From NCBI GenBank assembly GCA_964016885.1, contig OZ024746.1:48236001-48300000 (forward strand): DNA of 64,000 bases, read 5' to 3'. Source of the stretch: Eledone cirrhosa (taxonomy: Eukaryota). Of this stretch, positions 1 through 12,838 are shown one piece after another. Position numbers and translations under genes: made by a program. The notes below the pieces were generated by a model that searched no databases, was not told the DNA's origin, and saw only the letters and a program-made list of their open reading frames with translations. Positions within the stretch are counted from its first letter, which is position 1, and each line of letters begins with the position of its first letter.

Positions 1-200
1 TATACTATGAGAATTGCCAGAGCTAACCACTCAAGTGGAATCACACTCACCAAAAGGTGTGAACAAAGACATCTAATTAAAATAATAACTGATACAGGTT
101 TTGTAGATGATATTGTGTTATTATCAGATCTAGCTAAAGAAAACCATGTACTGTTAAAAGAAAGTGGAAATTGCAGCTGAGCAAATTGATCTATACCTGT
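1..200 (+). mobile_element. Degraded non-LTR retrotransposon RT fragment (RTE-X-like), truncated by window start
   Basis: Frame 1 reads GITLTKRCEQRHLIKIITDTGFVDDIVLLSD, then after a frameshift KVEIAAEQIDL. This matches the 'ITDxDFADDIALLS...VExAA' RT catalytic region. Confidence 0.6.
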
Positions 201-2279
201 TGATCTCTCTTAAACAGCATCAAGTAGACATCATTATCGCTATAGAAACCAACTCATGGCAAAAGACTGAACAGAAGGCCTCACTTTATGTACATTAACC
301 AACTGGTACAGAATTGGAGAAACTGCCTGCTGCTATGGACAATCGTGTCTATTAGAGGTTATTTATTGGGATCGTCTGAGTTTGCTTCATTCAATATTTA
401 TATATTTATATATATATATATATCATATATTAGTCAGAGAAGGAAACGTAGTGCCCATGACCATTTTCAAACCTCCAAGGGAGGAAAATACCCTCAAACT
501 GGAAAACTGGTCTGAATGCATCTAACATCCGAGGGCCAAGAAGTGGCGTTAAACTAGATGATGGATGAAGTGTATCACCTAAGTATAAGCACAGTGGGAT
601 TTGAACTCAGAATGTAAAGAGCCACAAGTACCACAAAGCATCTCCTCCAATTTACCTATAATTTACCATTGCTCTAAATTGGTACTTTTCTTTTATCAAT
701 CCTGGATGAATGAAAGGCCAAGTTAATCTCAGTAGCATTTGAACTCAGATTTACAGAGAACCAGGGTAAATACTGTAAGACATTTCACTCTACTTTCTAA
801 TGACTCAGTCAATTTGCCATCTATTATCAATCTGCTGCCTATGGAAACGTATAAATATTATTCAGTATGCCTCTAACAGTGTATTCTCTGTAGCAAGCTT
901 TCAGACAAGGTCTCCCATCCCAAGGTAACTTAATATTTTTATGGGTTTCTCCAGCAATCTATCTATTGTTTTTGCAACAATTTATGTATTGCGACTTCTT
1001 TATTCCTTTTCCCTTCAAAAGCTATCAGTGATGCCTTTCTTCCTCTGATCTTAGGGAAATGTGGCTGTTATTTCTAACAGATAAAGTTATGTTGTTGTTC
1101 AAGGTGGTAGGAAGCTAGCTGAAGGAGATTTGGTTGTTATTTCTAATGAGTCAAACAACTATATAGAGGCTGATGGTTTTACTATTATGAATTGTGTTCT
1201 AAAAATCCCCAGTTTTCTGTATTTTGTATTTTCTAACTCTTTACACCACTACAATCAATGTCCCCATTACCACAACCAGCACTGCCATCACCATCAGCAA
1301 CACTGCCACTAACCCCAGTATTCAGAAACAATGGCTATCAAATCAATCTTTTAGCCCTTCATCACAATGGTTTTCATTGGTCAGACACTAAGAGAAAGTA
1401 ATTACAGACTTGCATTAAAATTTGTTATCGATAATTAAAGTGATATTCTTTAAAGAACAAAAGGAAAAGTAACAAACAATCTATGAGCAAATAATATATA
1501 ATGTTTTAATTATAGTAAATTGAAAAAGTTTATTGAACCACATACACACAAACAAAACAATAGTTAGCTTATTATTATTATTAATATTATTATGGCATTT
1601 AAATAATCAGTAAAACAGAAGATGTAAACATTAAGAATATGATAATATAAACATCTGGAGTAATTTGTGTCTAAGATTATTTTTCAAGTTTTTGATACAA
1701 CTATATTACAGATAATATTTATAATTAGTGGTAAGAAACATTAATCAATTTGATACAAATTTGGCCCAAACTGTACCTAGTTCTAAGAAACAAAATCACC
1801 AATATTAAAAAGTTCCAGTTTAAATTAAAATCTTCCAACAATTTTATATAAGAACCATATTTTAGGATGCTATTATAGTAGATTGAAATAGTTAATAATT
1901 TTAGTAAATCTTTCAAAATTCTTCATTACTCAGCTGAAATAGAATGTACTTCACTAAAAATACAGTAATGAAAAGGTTAATACTAATTGGTATGCTATAG
2001 GTACTTATAGGTGCAAGTAAGTATAACTCAAGGAATATTTATAGCTTCTGCTGTAGAATTGTCCTAACTGAAGCAGCCATGGTAATCATGAAGTGATGAT
2101 TTAACAGAAATAACAGTAGTAGTAGTCGTAGTAGTGATTATAATTTCCTATTTGTAAACTTGATATATGATGTGTGATGACGTAAGGAACCAAAGGTCAT
2201 ATGAAACTGTCATTGGCATTGCAGGCTGCTGTGATTATGTAAGATTGAAATTCTGCTTGGGTTGGCTCTTCTTTCACCT

Positions 2280-2660
2280 TTCTGGGGATAATCACATTAT
2301 ATCCAGTTTTCCACTTTAGTTTTGTGAAAGTAAACATTCGTTCAAAGAAAAATGGCCACCTATCACTTTTCAAAATTTGAGAACATCCTGCAAATAATAG
2401 ACCATCAACAACTTCCCACATCTTGATCTCATATCATCTCAACTATGAAGACCAATATTTGTTGCAAACATTCAATTCAGGTTTTCAGTTTGAAAATACT
2501 TTCTTCCTACCAATATCAAAGATCTCGAAAAAGTCATGATCACTGCCCTTCTCTTCTGACTATTGCTATCTTCCTTCTACAGTTGATCAATCTTGTTTTT
2601 ATTGCTTAGTCAAATGAGAAGAGCCGTGTCCATAGATATCTTTAGGCCTTCAACATGGGT
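2280..2660 (+). mobile_element. Highly decayed CR1/L2-like RT fragment
   Basis: Near 2623-2660 the sequence reads AVSIDI-(frameshift)-AFNM, resembling the 'ALDISKAFD' RT motif. Many stops and frameshifts. Confidence 0.3.
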
Positions 2661-3049
2661 ATAGAGGGAGTTAGGAAGGCATCTGCAAACTAAAGCACCT
2701 GAGAGACATGTGCTGGTATTAAATTGAGTAATGGATTAAGTCTACCATTCAAGTGAGCCACAGCAAAGAGCTGAAACAAATGCCAAAAGGCATTTTTGCC
2801 TGGTGCTCTAATAACCTGGTACATTATTTCATTGACTTTGGAAGGATGAAAAACAAAGTTGCTATCAGTGGGATTTGAGATATTTCACCATTAATAAACC
2901 TGCCAAATTGCAACCTGCAATTACTGTCTCACATGAATATATCAATTATATCTTTTGCTGAGAAAAAACTATATTTGCAGGTTCATATTACATATAAAAA
3001 CTGACCATACTTAAATTATTTACCTCATAAGCATTCTAGAATCCTTTAA

Positions 3050-3293
3050 CCTTTTTATTACCCAATTTCTCATGAAAAACACTTCATGATTTTCAAATAA
3101 TTTTTTTAAATAATCATGAATTTTGAGGGATTTTGTAATATAACTAACTTTCTCATTATTAAGCTAGTGTTTATGGTATAATGTAACAGATTCTTAGATA
3201 AAATTATGATGAAAGGTGTTTTTTAGATAAATATAAACACTTTAAAACTGTTTTGTATCATAAAACTAAGGCTAGTTTCAGGTATCAAAAGGG
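3050..3293 (+). mobile_element. piggyBac-type MITE, family P2
   Basis: TTAA on both flanks. Imperfect TIRs CCTTTTTATTACC / GGTATCAAAAGGG. Related copies at about 17031-17499, 20523-20968 and 40546-40758. Confidence 0.6.
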
Positions 3294-5679
3294 TTAAATT
3301 TAATACCAAGGTTACATACATGGGTGTATAAATAGAAACTTTTGTGTCACACTATTGCACTCTGCAAGTGATGGTGCTGATGACATGATAAAATGTACCC
3401 AATCCACTAGTAAAGTGGTATTGCCAGTGCCATGACAAAATGCACTCTGTAAAATAGTAATGCAGATGTCATGATAAAATGCATTGTAAATCAGTTGGTG
3501 GTATGAAAAGTGTCCAATTATAGAAACCATGCCAAACTGGAAAATATGAGCAAGACATGCTTGTCTGACTTGCTAATTCTCAGAACTTATTAACTTGACA
3601 AATAACATGGATATAAAACAATGATGGTGACGATGATGTTTCAATGTTGTACACCAAATTATAACACATATCTCTCATCATCAATCTTTGATATATTATG
3701 AAGAAAATCTGCCTGCCTGCAGTGGTGCCAGTTTTATTGACCTCTTAGTCACTAATTAAAGGAACAAAAAGATTTTTTTTTTAAATGCTATTTCAGCAAA
3801 AAAAGCTGTGTGACATTTCTTTGTCTTTCCATTTCCTGTACATAAATTTATTTGTTTTTATTTATTTATTTATTTATTTATTTATTTTACTTTTCAGTTC
3901 ATCAAATGCAAATTTATTTAAAAGGAAAATTAAAATGTAGTTGACGTCAACTTGACTGTGCTGTGATCAGAATATGAAACATATTTGACGAATCAAACAA
4001 TTCAATTAACTATAAAAGAATGTGTTGAGGAAATGTTTTCACAAAAAAAAAAGAAAAAATTAATATCAATAGCAGTTCAAGCAAGAACTTCTAGGATGAA
4101 AAATTAAAGAAAGTTACAATAACTCTCAATATAAACCACATTGCACACACAGAGATACATATTCACGCACACACACACACACAAGCATAAAAATGATGTC
4201 AGGTACTGCCACTCAAAATGAAGTATGGTTATTCATTCAGCTAGACAGCTGTCTTTGATGTATTTTGGAACATGACAGCATAGATGCAGAAACACTAGCT
4301 GTGTAGTTTTTGAAAGGCAGTAAATTCAGTGGCATCACTTCCATGACAAAAATCTGCCTCTGCTGCAGCTTTTGCTATAAATGAAGTGTAACAGTTGAGA
4401 ACATTTGAAAATGATACTCTAAACCTTCTGTTTGTATAATCCCCTAAATGTACACAGTTATTACAATTTGTAGATGAAGACACTTCACCTCACTCATGCT
4501 GCTAATATTCTTGACAGAAACACAAATACTACATAATCACATCAAACAGAAACACTAAATCTGTGATCTTGTGCCAGAATATGAAATCAAAATTACTTTT
4601 CTTTTTTCTTGGTCAACTATTTTCCAGATGAATTTAGCCATGTATCTTTCTAGAGTTAATAAAGATTGATTCAGCTCTCCATACCTCTCCAAATGTTTGT
4701 ACTATACCTAGACAAATCTAATGAAACCCCTAATGACATGCTTTTGAAATGTAGGAGGTTCAAAGTATTTGAGGATGAATGGTTGGAATGCTATACAGGA
4801 AAATGGATGTTAGATGATCATCATAAATTCAAAAGGCTTAACTCGAGCTACATTGTGTTGTATAGCATTCCAACCATTCATCCTCAAATACTTTGGGCAA
4901 GGTAAATCATTTTAAGCACTCATTTTATCTGGTTACTAATCATCTTCTGCCCCTATTTCACAATGATAGGAAAAGCATCTGGTTGTAAAGACAATCATTC
5001 TAGCAGCATTAAAATGCACAAAATTTATAGGAAAAAAAAGAAATCCTCAGTCATATTAGCTTGAAAAGAAATTATCATCATTGTTTAACGTCCATTTTTC
5101 CACACTAATGAGATCAAAACAGAAAATTTTAAAATAAAATCTTATATTATAGTAAAGTAATCACAGTTGCAATGTTTTGACTTCTTTCATGAAGATATCA
5201 GTTTAAGATTTCAATCATCTACATCAACTTTAACAGCAAACTAAAATTGGCATGGAAGCAAGCTGCAGAATTTCTCATTAAAATAAAAAAAAAATTGTTT
5301 CTATATTATAGGCACCTATTCTACTCAAATCAGATCATAGTCTGCCAACAAAATTCTGATCTAAATATGTCAAAAATTACCTATTTCTGCACAAGTTGGT
5401 TGCAAATATTGGTAGTCTGAAGATAGACTACACTTAAACAATAGAACACTATCACTGTATTTAAAAGAAGAAAACCAAATGAATAAGAATGAGGCATTTC
5501 TGACACAGATTTACTTTATCATTTAGAAACTGGCCTGATCATCTAAACAACATTCATCAACCATTGCTATTGTGCTTTTATTTCATCTTTTAATTTTTGT
5601 TAAAATTTATGTTACTTATCTAAAACATATACAGCTGTATGCATTAGACAACATATTTCCATCTACTCACTTTATTGTA

Positions 5680-5765
5680 TGTGTGTGTCTGCGCATGTAT
5701 CTGTATCTCTGTGCATGTATCTGTGTGTCTGTGCATGTATCTGTGTGTGTACATATATGCCTGTG
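5680..5765. repeat. About 20-bp tandem repeat (GTGCATGTATCTGTGTGTCT)x3 in a degenerate GT tract
   Basis: Visible directly in the sequence. Confidence 0.7.
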
Positions 5766-6061
5766 GGTGAAAAAGCTAGTGATTTATGTTGTTACTATTC
5801 GGGATGACTTGCATAATGTATTAACAAAAATGACTAGGCTGTATTGAAAGTCACTACATGATGGTCCATACAATATTTTAATTGTCCACACAAAGTCATG
5901 TGGTGTGGCCATTATGTGTCCTGGTGCATGATGGAAATATTCAGCAATTCTTTCACCTCGTTACAGTGCCATATATTATCAAGAAATGGCTTCAGTGAAA
6001 AACTAAAAAATAAAACATGGCCACACACACATTAACAAAAAAAAAACAACAAAAAAATAAA

Positions 6062-6650
6062 CCTAGGAAGAGAAAAATCACTTAGTACAATCTTCTATAC
6101 AGTACGAATTTAGCTTTCTGTATAACGAGGAAGTTCTTGCCCTGATAAGCAAACACTTCTCCATAACACACAAATACCACAAGATCTTCAACAGAAACTG
6201 TGTGAAGGTCAGCAACAGCTACTTAGATAATATCTTTACATAATCAAAACCTTAAAAATCGAAAATGTCTATCAATGGTACGTTTATATTCAGCTACATT
6301 CACATTGAAGTGGCCTACACAGAGCTTACAACAGACACTGTTAAACCCCAGTGTACTCATCATATGAAGTCCTTTATATCCAGAGATATCTTTGCATTTC
6401 ATTCTTTGGGAGTTGTTAAGAAACATACCAAACATGTGCTGGTGCAGCTGTCTCTCATTCTAGCTGTCATACGCTGCCTATTCTATTACATCAAGAGTGG
6501 TGTATTGACATGGTGTTGACATCTATTTGTTCCTACATGGGCACCTTCAACTATTAGCAAAAGCATGATACATAATACCAATTCCTCCAGGGTAGAAACT
6601 TAAGAACTGATTGAATCTTTTAAGCAGCAACAAATGCACTTTCATGGCAT
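6062..6650 (+). mobile_element. Fossil Penelope-like element (RT linker plus GIY-YIG endonuclease region)
   Basis: Translation gives PRKRKIT*YN...RKFL / ALISKHFSITHKYHKIFNRNCVKVSNSYLDNI, then AYTELTTDTVKPQCTHHMKSF. This matches the PLE motifs 'RKRNIIWFNPP...KHFP..HKLHKIFNRNTVKVSYSC' and 'YIGLT..FK.RY..H..SF'. The 3' boundary is uncertain. Confidence 0.75.
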
Positions 6651-7784
6651 TGTTATAATAAAGACACTATATAATGTTGACATTCTCCTAATAAAATGCA
6701 TGTTAACACACCCGTCTATGAATATCGTGCCTCAGTATACTGAGATATTTTCAAACATCATCTTCATTTCTTACATTAACTGTACAATATTTTGACATTT
6801 AATCTTCAGCTTGTGAATTACTGCAAATATAATTGATATGGGATGTCTATTCAGCTAGAAATATCATTGGTTTTTAAAGTGTTTAAATAAATTAGACACA
6901 AATATATAAATAAAAACAAAAACAAATGAATTCTAATGATTGTCACTTTATCTTCAAGATCATAGTACCCATCCTTCATGTCATCAGCATTAGGATTTCT
7001 TTAGTTTTAATTATACAATTTCTTTAATTTTCTTTAATCTTGATTATTTTTTCTTTTATTATATATATATATATATATATTTGTTTTTTTGTTGCTTGAA
7101 ATGAATCCAGATCAAGACTAGTTATATCCCTAATGGGCTCATTTGCACTGAAATAGAATCTGAAGTGATCAGTTGCTTTAAAATGATTAGCATTAATGCA
7201 TAAAGTATTTACAAGTTAATATCTATTAATTAGCATTAAAAGTCAACTAAACAGAACAAATGAAAAATTACAACAACAGAACTTCTGTCATCACCACCAC
7301 TATCACCACAACAAAGAATAAAAATGAATTCTTACAAAGCCAGAAAATGTTTTCTTCGAGTATAAGTGAAGAATAATTATAAATTATAAATATAATTCTA
7401 CAGGAAATTATTCATAATAGAAACATCTCAATACCTTTGTATTTGTTATACATAAAAAAAAAATAATTGCTGCTCTTTATTCAAGTTGAAAGCTTCAAGT
7501 TAATAAAATGAAATGTCTTTCCAAAGAATAAAATGCAATGTGGTAAAAACTTCAAAATCAAAGACCATTTCACCTTTCAAACTTAATTTCTTACATATAC
7601 ACAAGGCCAGAAAGTTATGCTGGAAGAAACAGTTGATTATATTGATAGTGAATTATTATATCAACCCTGGAAGAATAAATGGAAACAATCTCAGTGAGAT
7701 TTGAACTGAGAATTTAAAGAGCTAGAACAAAAATCAGAGGATTCAACCAGTTTACCATAATAAAATAATAATAATAAATAACCA

Positions 7785-8860
7785 TTATGGGACTACAAGA
7801 ATATCTAATGAAGAAAGTTGATACAAATAGCCATGAAAATATGAAGAAAATAAAAATATTGTTTTCTGCCTTCAAAGAAGCCAACAAATTCAAAACAGAA
7901 GCTGGATTGACAGATAACAGCGAGGAAAATGAACACAAAGAAGAAACAACAACAGAAATTGTAAAAAACATAAAATCTAAATTGTAGACCACCAGAATAC
8001 CTTGTTAAAATGATGGCAAGAAAAACCCTTACATGGACAATACACAAAAAAGCTGAGTAGAGAGGAAATAGACAAGCAAAATTCACAAAACTAGCTATGA
8101 AGCACTGGACTAAAAGTCAAGACTGAAGGATTCCTAATTGCATCACAAGATCAAAGTCTTCCCACCAGAAGTACATAATGAAGCAGAACACAGTAACTGC
8201 AGGTGGGAAAGAAACAATTAACCACATTATCTCTGGCTGCCCAGTCTTAGCCAAAAGTAAATATAGACACGATAGGGTTAGGATTTACATTAATCGGAAG
8301 TTATGCCTACACCACAAAACCCCAACAGAAAAAAAGATTGTACAGACACACACTAGGAAAGGTGTAAGAGAATAACAAAGCAAGCATACACTGGGATGGG
8401 CCAACAGACAGAGACAGGGAGATCAAAGCCAACTAACCAGATATTTTAGTCAAGGACCACAAAGAAAATAAATGTCTTCTAATTGATGTTATCAATCTCC
8501 ACAGATGATAATATATCTACTCAGGAAATGGAGAAATTATCCAAATATAAAGATCTAGAGATAGAAATAACCCAAATGTGGATAATGAAAACAGAAACAA
8601 TACCTATTATAACAGGTGCTCTGGGAATTATAAAATAACACAGGCAGATACATAACCCAAACCCCAGGACTTACAAATATATACAGCATACAGAAAATAG
8701 CACTACTAGGTACTACACACATTACGAAAAGTAGTATCAATACAATAGAAACGATATCAGCAAAAACTACATTGCTCATACCCAAGGCGCACAGAGCTGT
8801 TCTTGGTAAAGCAGTAATGATGTGCAGTAAAAAAAATAATGGAAATAATAATAATAATAA
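7785..8860 (+). mobile_element. Old 5'-truncated R4/Dong-type (RLE) retrotransposon 3' fragment
   Basis: Broken frames give EKPLHGQY, KTEGFLIASQDQSLPTR, ETINHIISGCPVLAKSKYRHDRV, PDILVKDHKENKCLLIDV, EKLSKYKDL and IQKIALLGT. (TAA)n runs flank it at about 7764-7776 and 8843-8860. Confidence 0.85.
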
Positions 8861-9306
8861 CTCTGGTCGAATCGACTCAAATTTATACCCCAACTACAAC
8901 ACCATCACTACAGTAATACGACCACATCACCACCACTACTAAACGACTACAGATTATTATTTCACCACCAATAACACCACCACTACCATGATGAAAACTC
9001 TGGTCAAATCGACTCAAATTTATACCCCAACTACAACACCATCACTACAGTAATACGATCACATCACAACCACCACCACTGCCTCAGTATCGCTACCGCC
9101 GCTATTCTCTCCCACTGCCTCTTACTAGTTGCTGCTAGCACAGCACCACATTGTAGAATTCCTACTAAAAGAGGACACCATCACTACAGTAATACTACCA
9201 CATCACCACCACCACTGCCTCAGTATCGCTACCGCCGTTATTCTCTCCCATTGCCTCCTGCTAGCACAGCACCGCCACCACATTGTAGAATTCCTACTAA
9301 AAAAGG
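8861..9306. repeat. Overlapping tandem duplications (75-135 bp units)
   Basis: CTCTGGTC.AATCGACTCAAATTTATACCCC... occurs at 8861 and 8998. CACCATCACTACAGTAATAC...GTAGAATTCCTACTAAAA occurs at about 9037 and 9177. Confidence 0.85.
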
Positions 9307-9569
9307 GGAAGGCATCAAAATATATAGATAGACTCAAAAGAAAAAACAAAAATCAAAATCAAAGCAGCACAAAAAAAAAAAAAAAAAAAAAAAAAAACGT
9401 AAAGAAAATAAGAATGAAGAGAGAAACAAACGGACGGACTGAGAAAGGAAGGGAAAAACTAAGTCAGACATTCGATCACTACATTACATTACAATGAAAC
9501 TTATGCTTATTCCTTTTTGGGGATTTTTCTGCTTGTTTGTTTGTTTATTTATTTGTGTTCGTCTACAGC

Positions 9570-12500
9570 ATGATAATGCCACACAAGAGCCACGTGGAGC
9601 GACGCAACCACCGGAGACGGTGAATCCACCGGTGGTTATGTAACCATACATTTGCCAATCCTCGATAAGAGTGTTTAAATGTCGAACCTAAACAGTTCGA
9701 ATAATGGTGAAATGGAGACTAGAACGTCATGTGACAGACTCTCACCCAACAGGTGCTCCCTGGCTCAGCAGCAGGGACCTGGCTGTCAACCAAATACTGA
9801 TGGTGTCGGAGGAAGAAGAAGGAAAGGGACCAGAACCAACTGGACGAAAGAATTGAATAGAACTGTTATGCAATGTTACCTGAAAAGTAACCCCAAGGAG
9901 AGGGGCTATAGGAAACGGATGCATAACATCTGGAACGAGATTGGTCTATTTAAATTAGATGAACAACAATTGGCCGGGCAGGCTCGGGTAATAAGAACTA
10001 ATGGGTGGATAAGCGAGCTGGAACTGGAGGAACTGAGCAGAGAGATTAGCTTGGAGATGGGGGGTGGAGTATGCCAGACAAACGAGCCAGTGGGAAATGA
10101 AGGTGAAGAGGTCGAGAGAACGGAGGAACCACCCGAAGCAGACAATGATCTGAATACTGAGATAAATAATACCTGGAACAGAGATACGGCCACTGAGGAG
10201 ATGAATGCTGACGGGCTAGGACAAGATTTGGTTGACATCCTAAATTTAGTGGTAGATGAATTGAACAATGATAGTGGGAGACCTATGAACCTAAGATTTG
10301 TAGACAGGAAAAAGTTAAAAGAAACAACAGCTAAGGTAAACAAAGTCATCCCATACCTTGAGGCGAGGAGCCTTCATCAGTGCAACAATATCCTCAAAGC
10401 AACAGCAAATACGGTGAGGAAACTACTTGGTATAAAAGCGAGAGGAAACAACAGACAAGAAAGAGCAGGATGTTAGACACAATGCCCAGGCAGGGTGGAT
10501 TGAGACAGTACAGAGGGAGATCGGTGAGCAGGCACAACAACAAACTGATTTGAGTATCACAGTTGAAACTCTTAAGGGGCAGGCCAAAAAACTAACCAAC
10601 TGGAAATCACCAGGCCCAGATGGTGTGCAGGGGTATTGGATTAAAAATATAACATCCCTCCACCCAAAACTGACAACCATGTTCAATGACTGCTTGATGT
10701 CAGGTGAGGTACCAGAGTGGTTGACAAAAGGTACCACAGTTCTGATAATGAAAGACCGAATCAAGGGTAATGATGTTACCAACTATAGACCTATCACATG
10801 TCTGTCCGTAATGTGGAAACTGTTGACGAGCATTGTGTCTGAGGAAATCTACCATCACCTCCACACAAACAACTTGTTACCGGACGAACAGAAAGGATGC
10901 CGAAAGAAGTCACGTGGTACAAAGGACCAGTTACTTATTGATAAGATGGTAATGGGGAATTGCAGGAGGAGACACACTGATCTTGCCATGGGATGGATAG
11001 ACTACAGAAAGGCATTTGACATGGTGCCTCATTCTTGGATCACCAAAAGCCTGGAGATCTTCAAGGTGGCAGATAACATCAGACAGTTGTTGGGCAAAAG
11101 TATGAGGTCCTGGGAAACAGAGTTGACATAAACTGGAGAATCCTTGGGAAGCGTGAAGATCAAGAGAGGTATCTTCCAGGGAGATAGCCTGTCCCCTCTG
11201 TTGTTTGTCCTTGCCCTGATGCCCCTGACCAGTGTACTGCGAAAAGTGAGAGCAGGATACAGGTTGGGAAAGGGAGGGCTTACCATCAACCACCTCCTCT
11301 TCATGGACGATCTTAAGCTCTTCGGGAAGAGTGGGAAGGAGTTGGATGTGCTTGTTGACACTGTCCATATTTTCAGCAGTGATATATGTATGCAGTTTGG
11401 TATTAGTAAGTGTGGAGTCATTGTGATGAGGAGAGGTAGGTTGAGCAGAAGTAACGGAATCCAGATACCAACAGGTGAGATGATAAAGGAAATTGACTCT
11501 GAGGAAGGATACAAGTATTTGGGCGTTCTGGAGGCTGATGGCATAAAGAACAAAAAAATGAAGGAATTGTTAAGAACTGAATACATTCGGAGAGTAAGGA
11601 GCGTATTGAAGTCACATCTGAACAGCAGAAATGCCATAAGCGCAGTAAATTCCCGAGCTGTGTCTATTATTAGGTACAGTGCGGGAATTCTGAGATGGAA
11701 TGTTGCTGAACAAAAAGAAATGGATAGGAAGACTAGGAAGCTATTGACTATCTACAACATGTTCCACAAGAGGAGTGATGTCGATAGACTCTACTTAAGG
11801 AGATCTGAGGCTGGAAGAGGTCTTATCAGCATAGAGGACTGTGTTCAGATGGAGAAAAACAACCTACACAAATACGTGACTGATAGTAAGGAGCCAATGC
11901 TCAGAACTGTACTGAAGGAGGGGACAATAGGCCAGGGGATGTCCAAGGAGGAAATAACATCAAGGAGAAAGAGCAGCCTTAAGGGAAAATCCCTTCATAG
12001 TACCTTCTTTGAGAAAACTGAATTTAGAGATCCACAGACATGGAACTGGTTGAGAAGAGGAGACCTTAAAAAGGCTACAGAAGGAATGTTAATGGCTGCA
12101 CAGGAGCAGGCCCTCAAAACGAAGTGGTTGAAACACCATATTTACAAGGAGGAGGCTAGCCCACTGTGCAGGATCTGTGGAGAGAGAGAGGAGACTGTGG
12201 CTCACATTGTATCCGAGTGTAAACACCTAGCCCAGACCCACTATAAGGGCTGGAGAGATGATGTGATGGGCAGGGTGATCCACTGGCACCTGTGCAAAGT
12301 AAACAATTTACCACATTCTGAGAAGGGGTATGAGCATAAGCCAGAGGCGGTGATAGAGAACGATCAGGTGAAGGTGCTGTGGGATTTTAGGATACAGACG
12401 GACAAGAAACTGGAACACAATACACCTGACCTGGTGGTTGTGGACAAAGAAAAAAGATTGTGCCTGATTGTGGATGTGGCCTGCCCATTCGACACGAGAG

Positions 12501-12838
12501 TGCAAGAGAAGGAGAGGGAGAAAATTAACCGATACCAGGACCTAAAGTGGGAGGTGAAAAGGATTTGGAACTGCCATGAAGTCAAAGTGATCCCGATTGT
12601 CATAGGCGCACTGGGGACTATCTCCAAAAGTTTCCAGGAATGGTTAAAGAAAATCGGCCCCTTCACGCTTTTTGGAACGCTTCAAAAGGTATGCTTGCTG
12701 GGAACAGCAAGAACCCTCCGATACGTCCTGAATATCTGAGGCTGCAGGTAGTGGCTTGATATTCATTCCAACGGACTTTCCAGTTAACTAACATCAATTA
12801 CTGAGACTCAAGGAGTAATAACAATAATAATAATAATA
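9570..12838 (+). mobile_element. Near-full-length R4/Dong-clade non-LTR retrotransposon (RT, CCHC knuckle, restriction-like endonuclease), disabled
   Basis: RT motifs KSPGPDG, NYRPITCL, WIDYRKAFD, GIFQGDSLSPLLF, HLLFMDD and YKYLG. Zinc knuckle CRICGEREETVAHIVSEC. RLE motif PDLVVVDKEKRLCLIVDVACP...EKINRY. Short 3'UTR ending in (TAA)n at about 12817-12838. The 5' end is approximate. Confidence 0.95.
9679..12739 (+). pseudogene. Disrupted single ORF of the R4/Dong element (pieces 9679-10476, 10550-11131, 11144-12739)
   Basis: The 10550 and 11144 ORFs share a frame and are split by one TAA at 11129-11131. There is a frameshift or deletion junction at about 10468 before DVRHNAQAGW. The conserved RHD reads RDD and KWYEH reads KGYEH. 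Confidence 0.9.

Noticed and set aside
4200-4483. Faint resemblance to a hAT transposase dimerisation domain on the minus strand
   Set aside because: Only scattered residues (SFSNV, TILHFE) across broken frames, too weak to call.
9129-9497. 122-aa ORF with His and Lys runs
   Set aside because: Derived from CAC repeats, a tandem duplication and poly-A.
9640-9675. TCCTCG, resembling the HDV ribozyme L3 loop
   Set aside because: The flanking bases cannot form P3, and I found no P1/P2 pseudoknot.
9742-12666. Minus-strand ORFs over the R4/Dong element, and antisense ORFs over the RTE copies
   Set aside because: Antisense shadows of retrotransposon coding sequence with no independent motifs.
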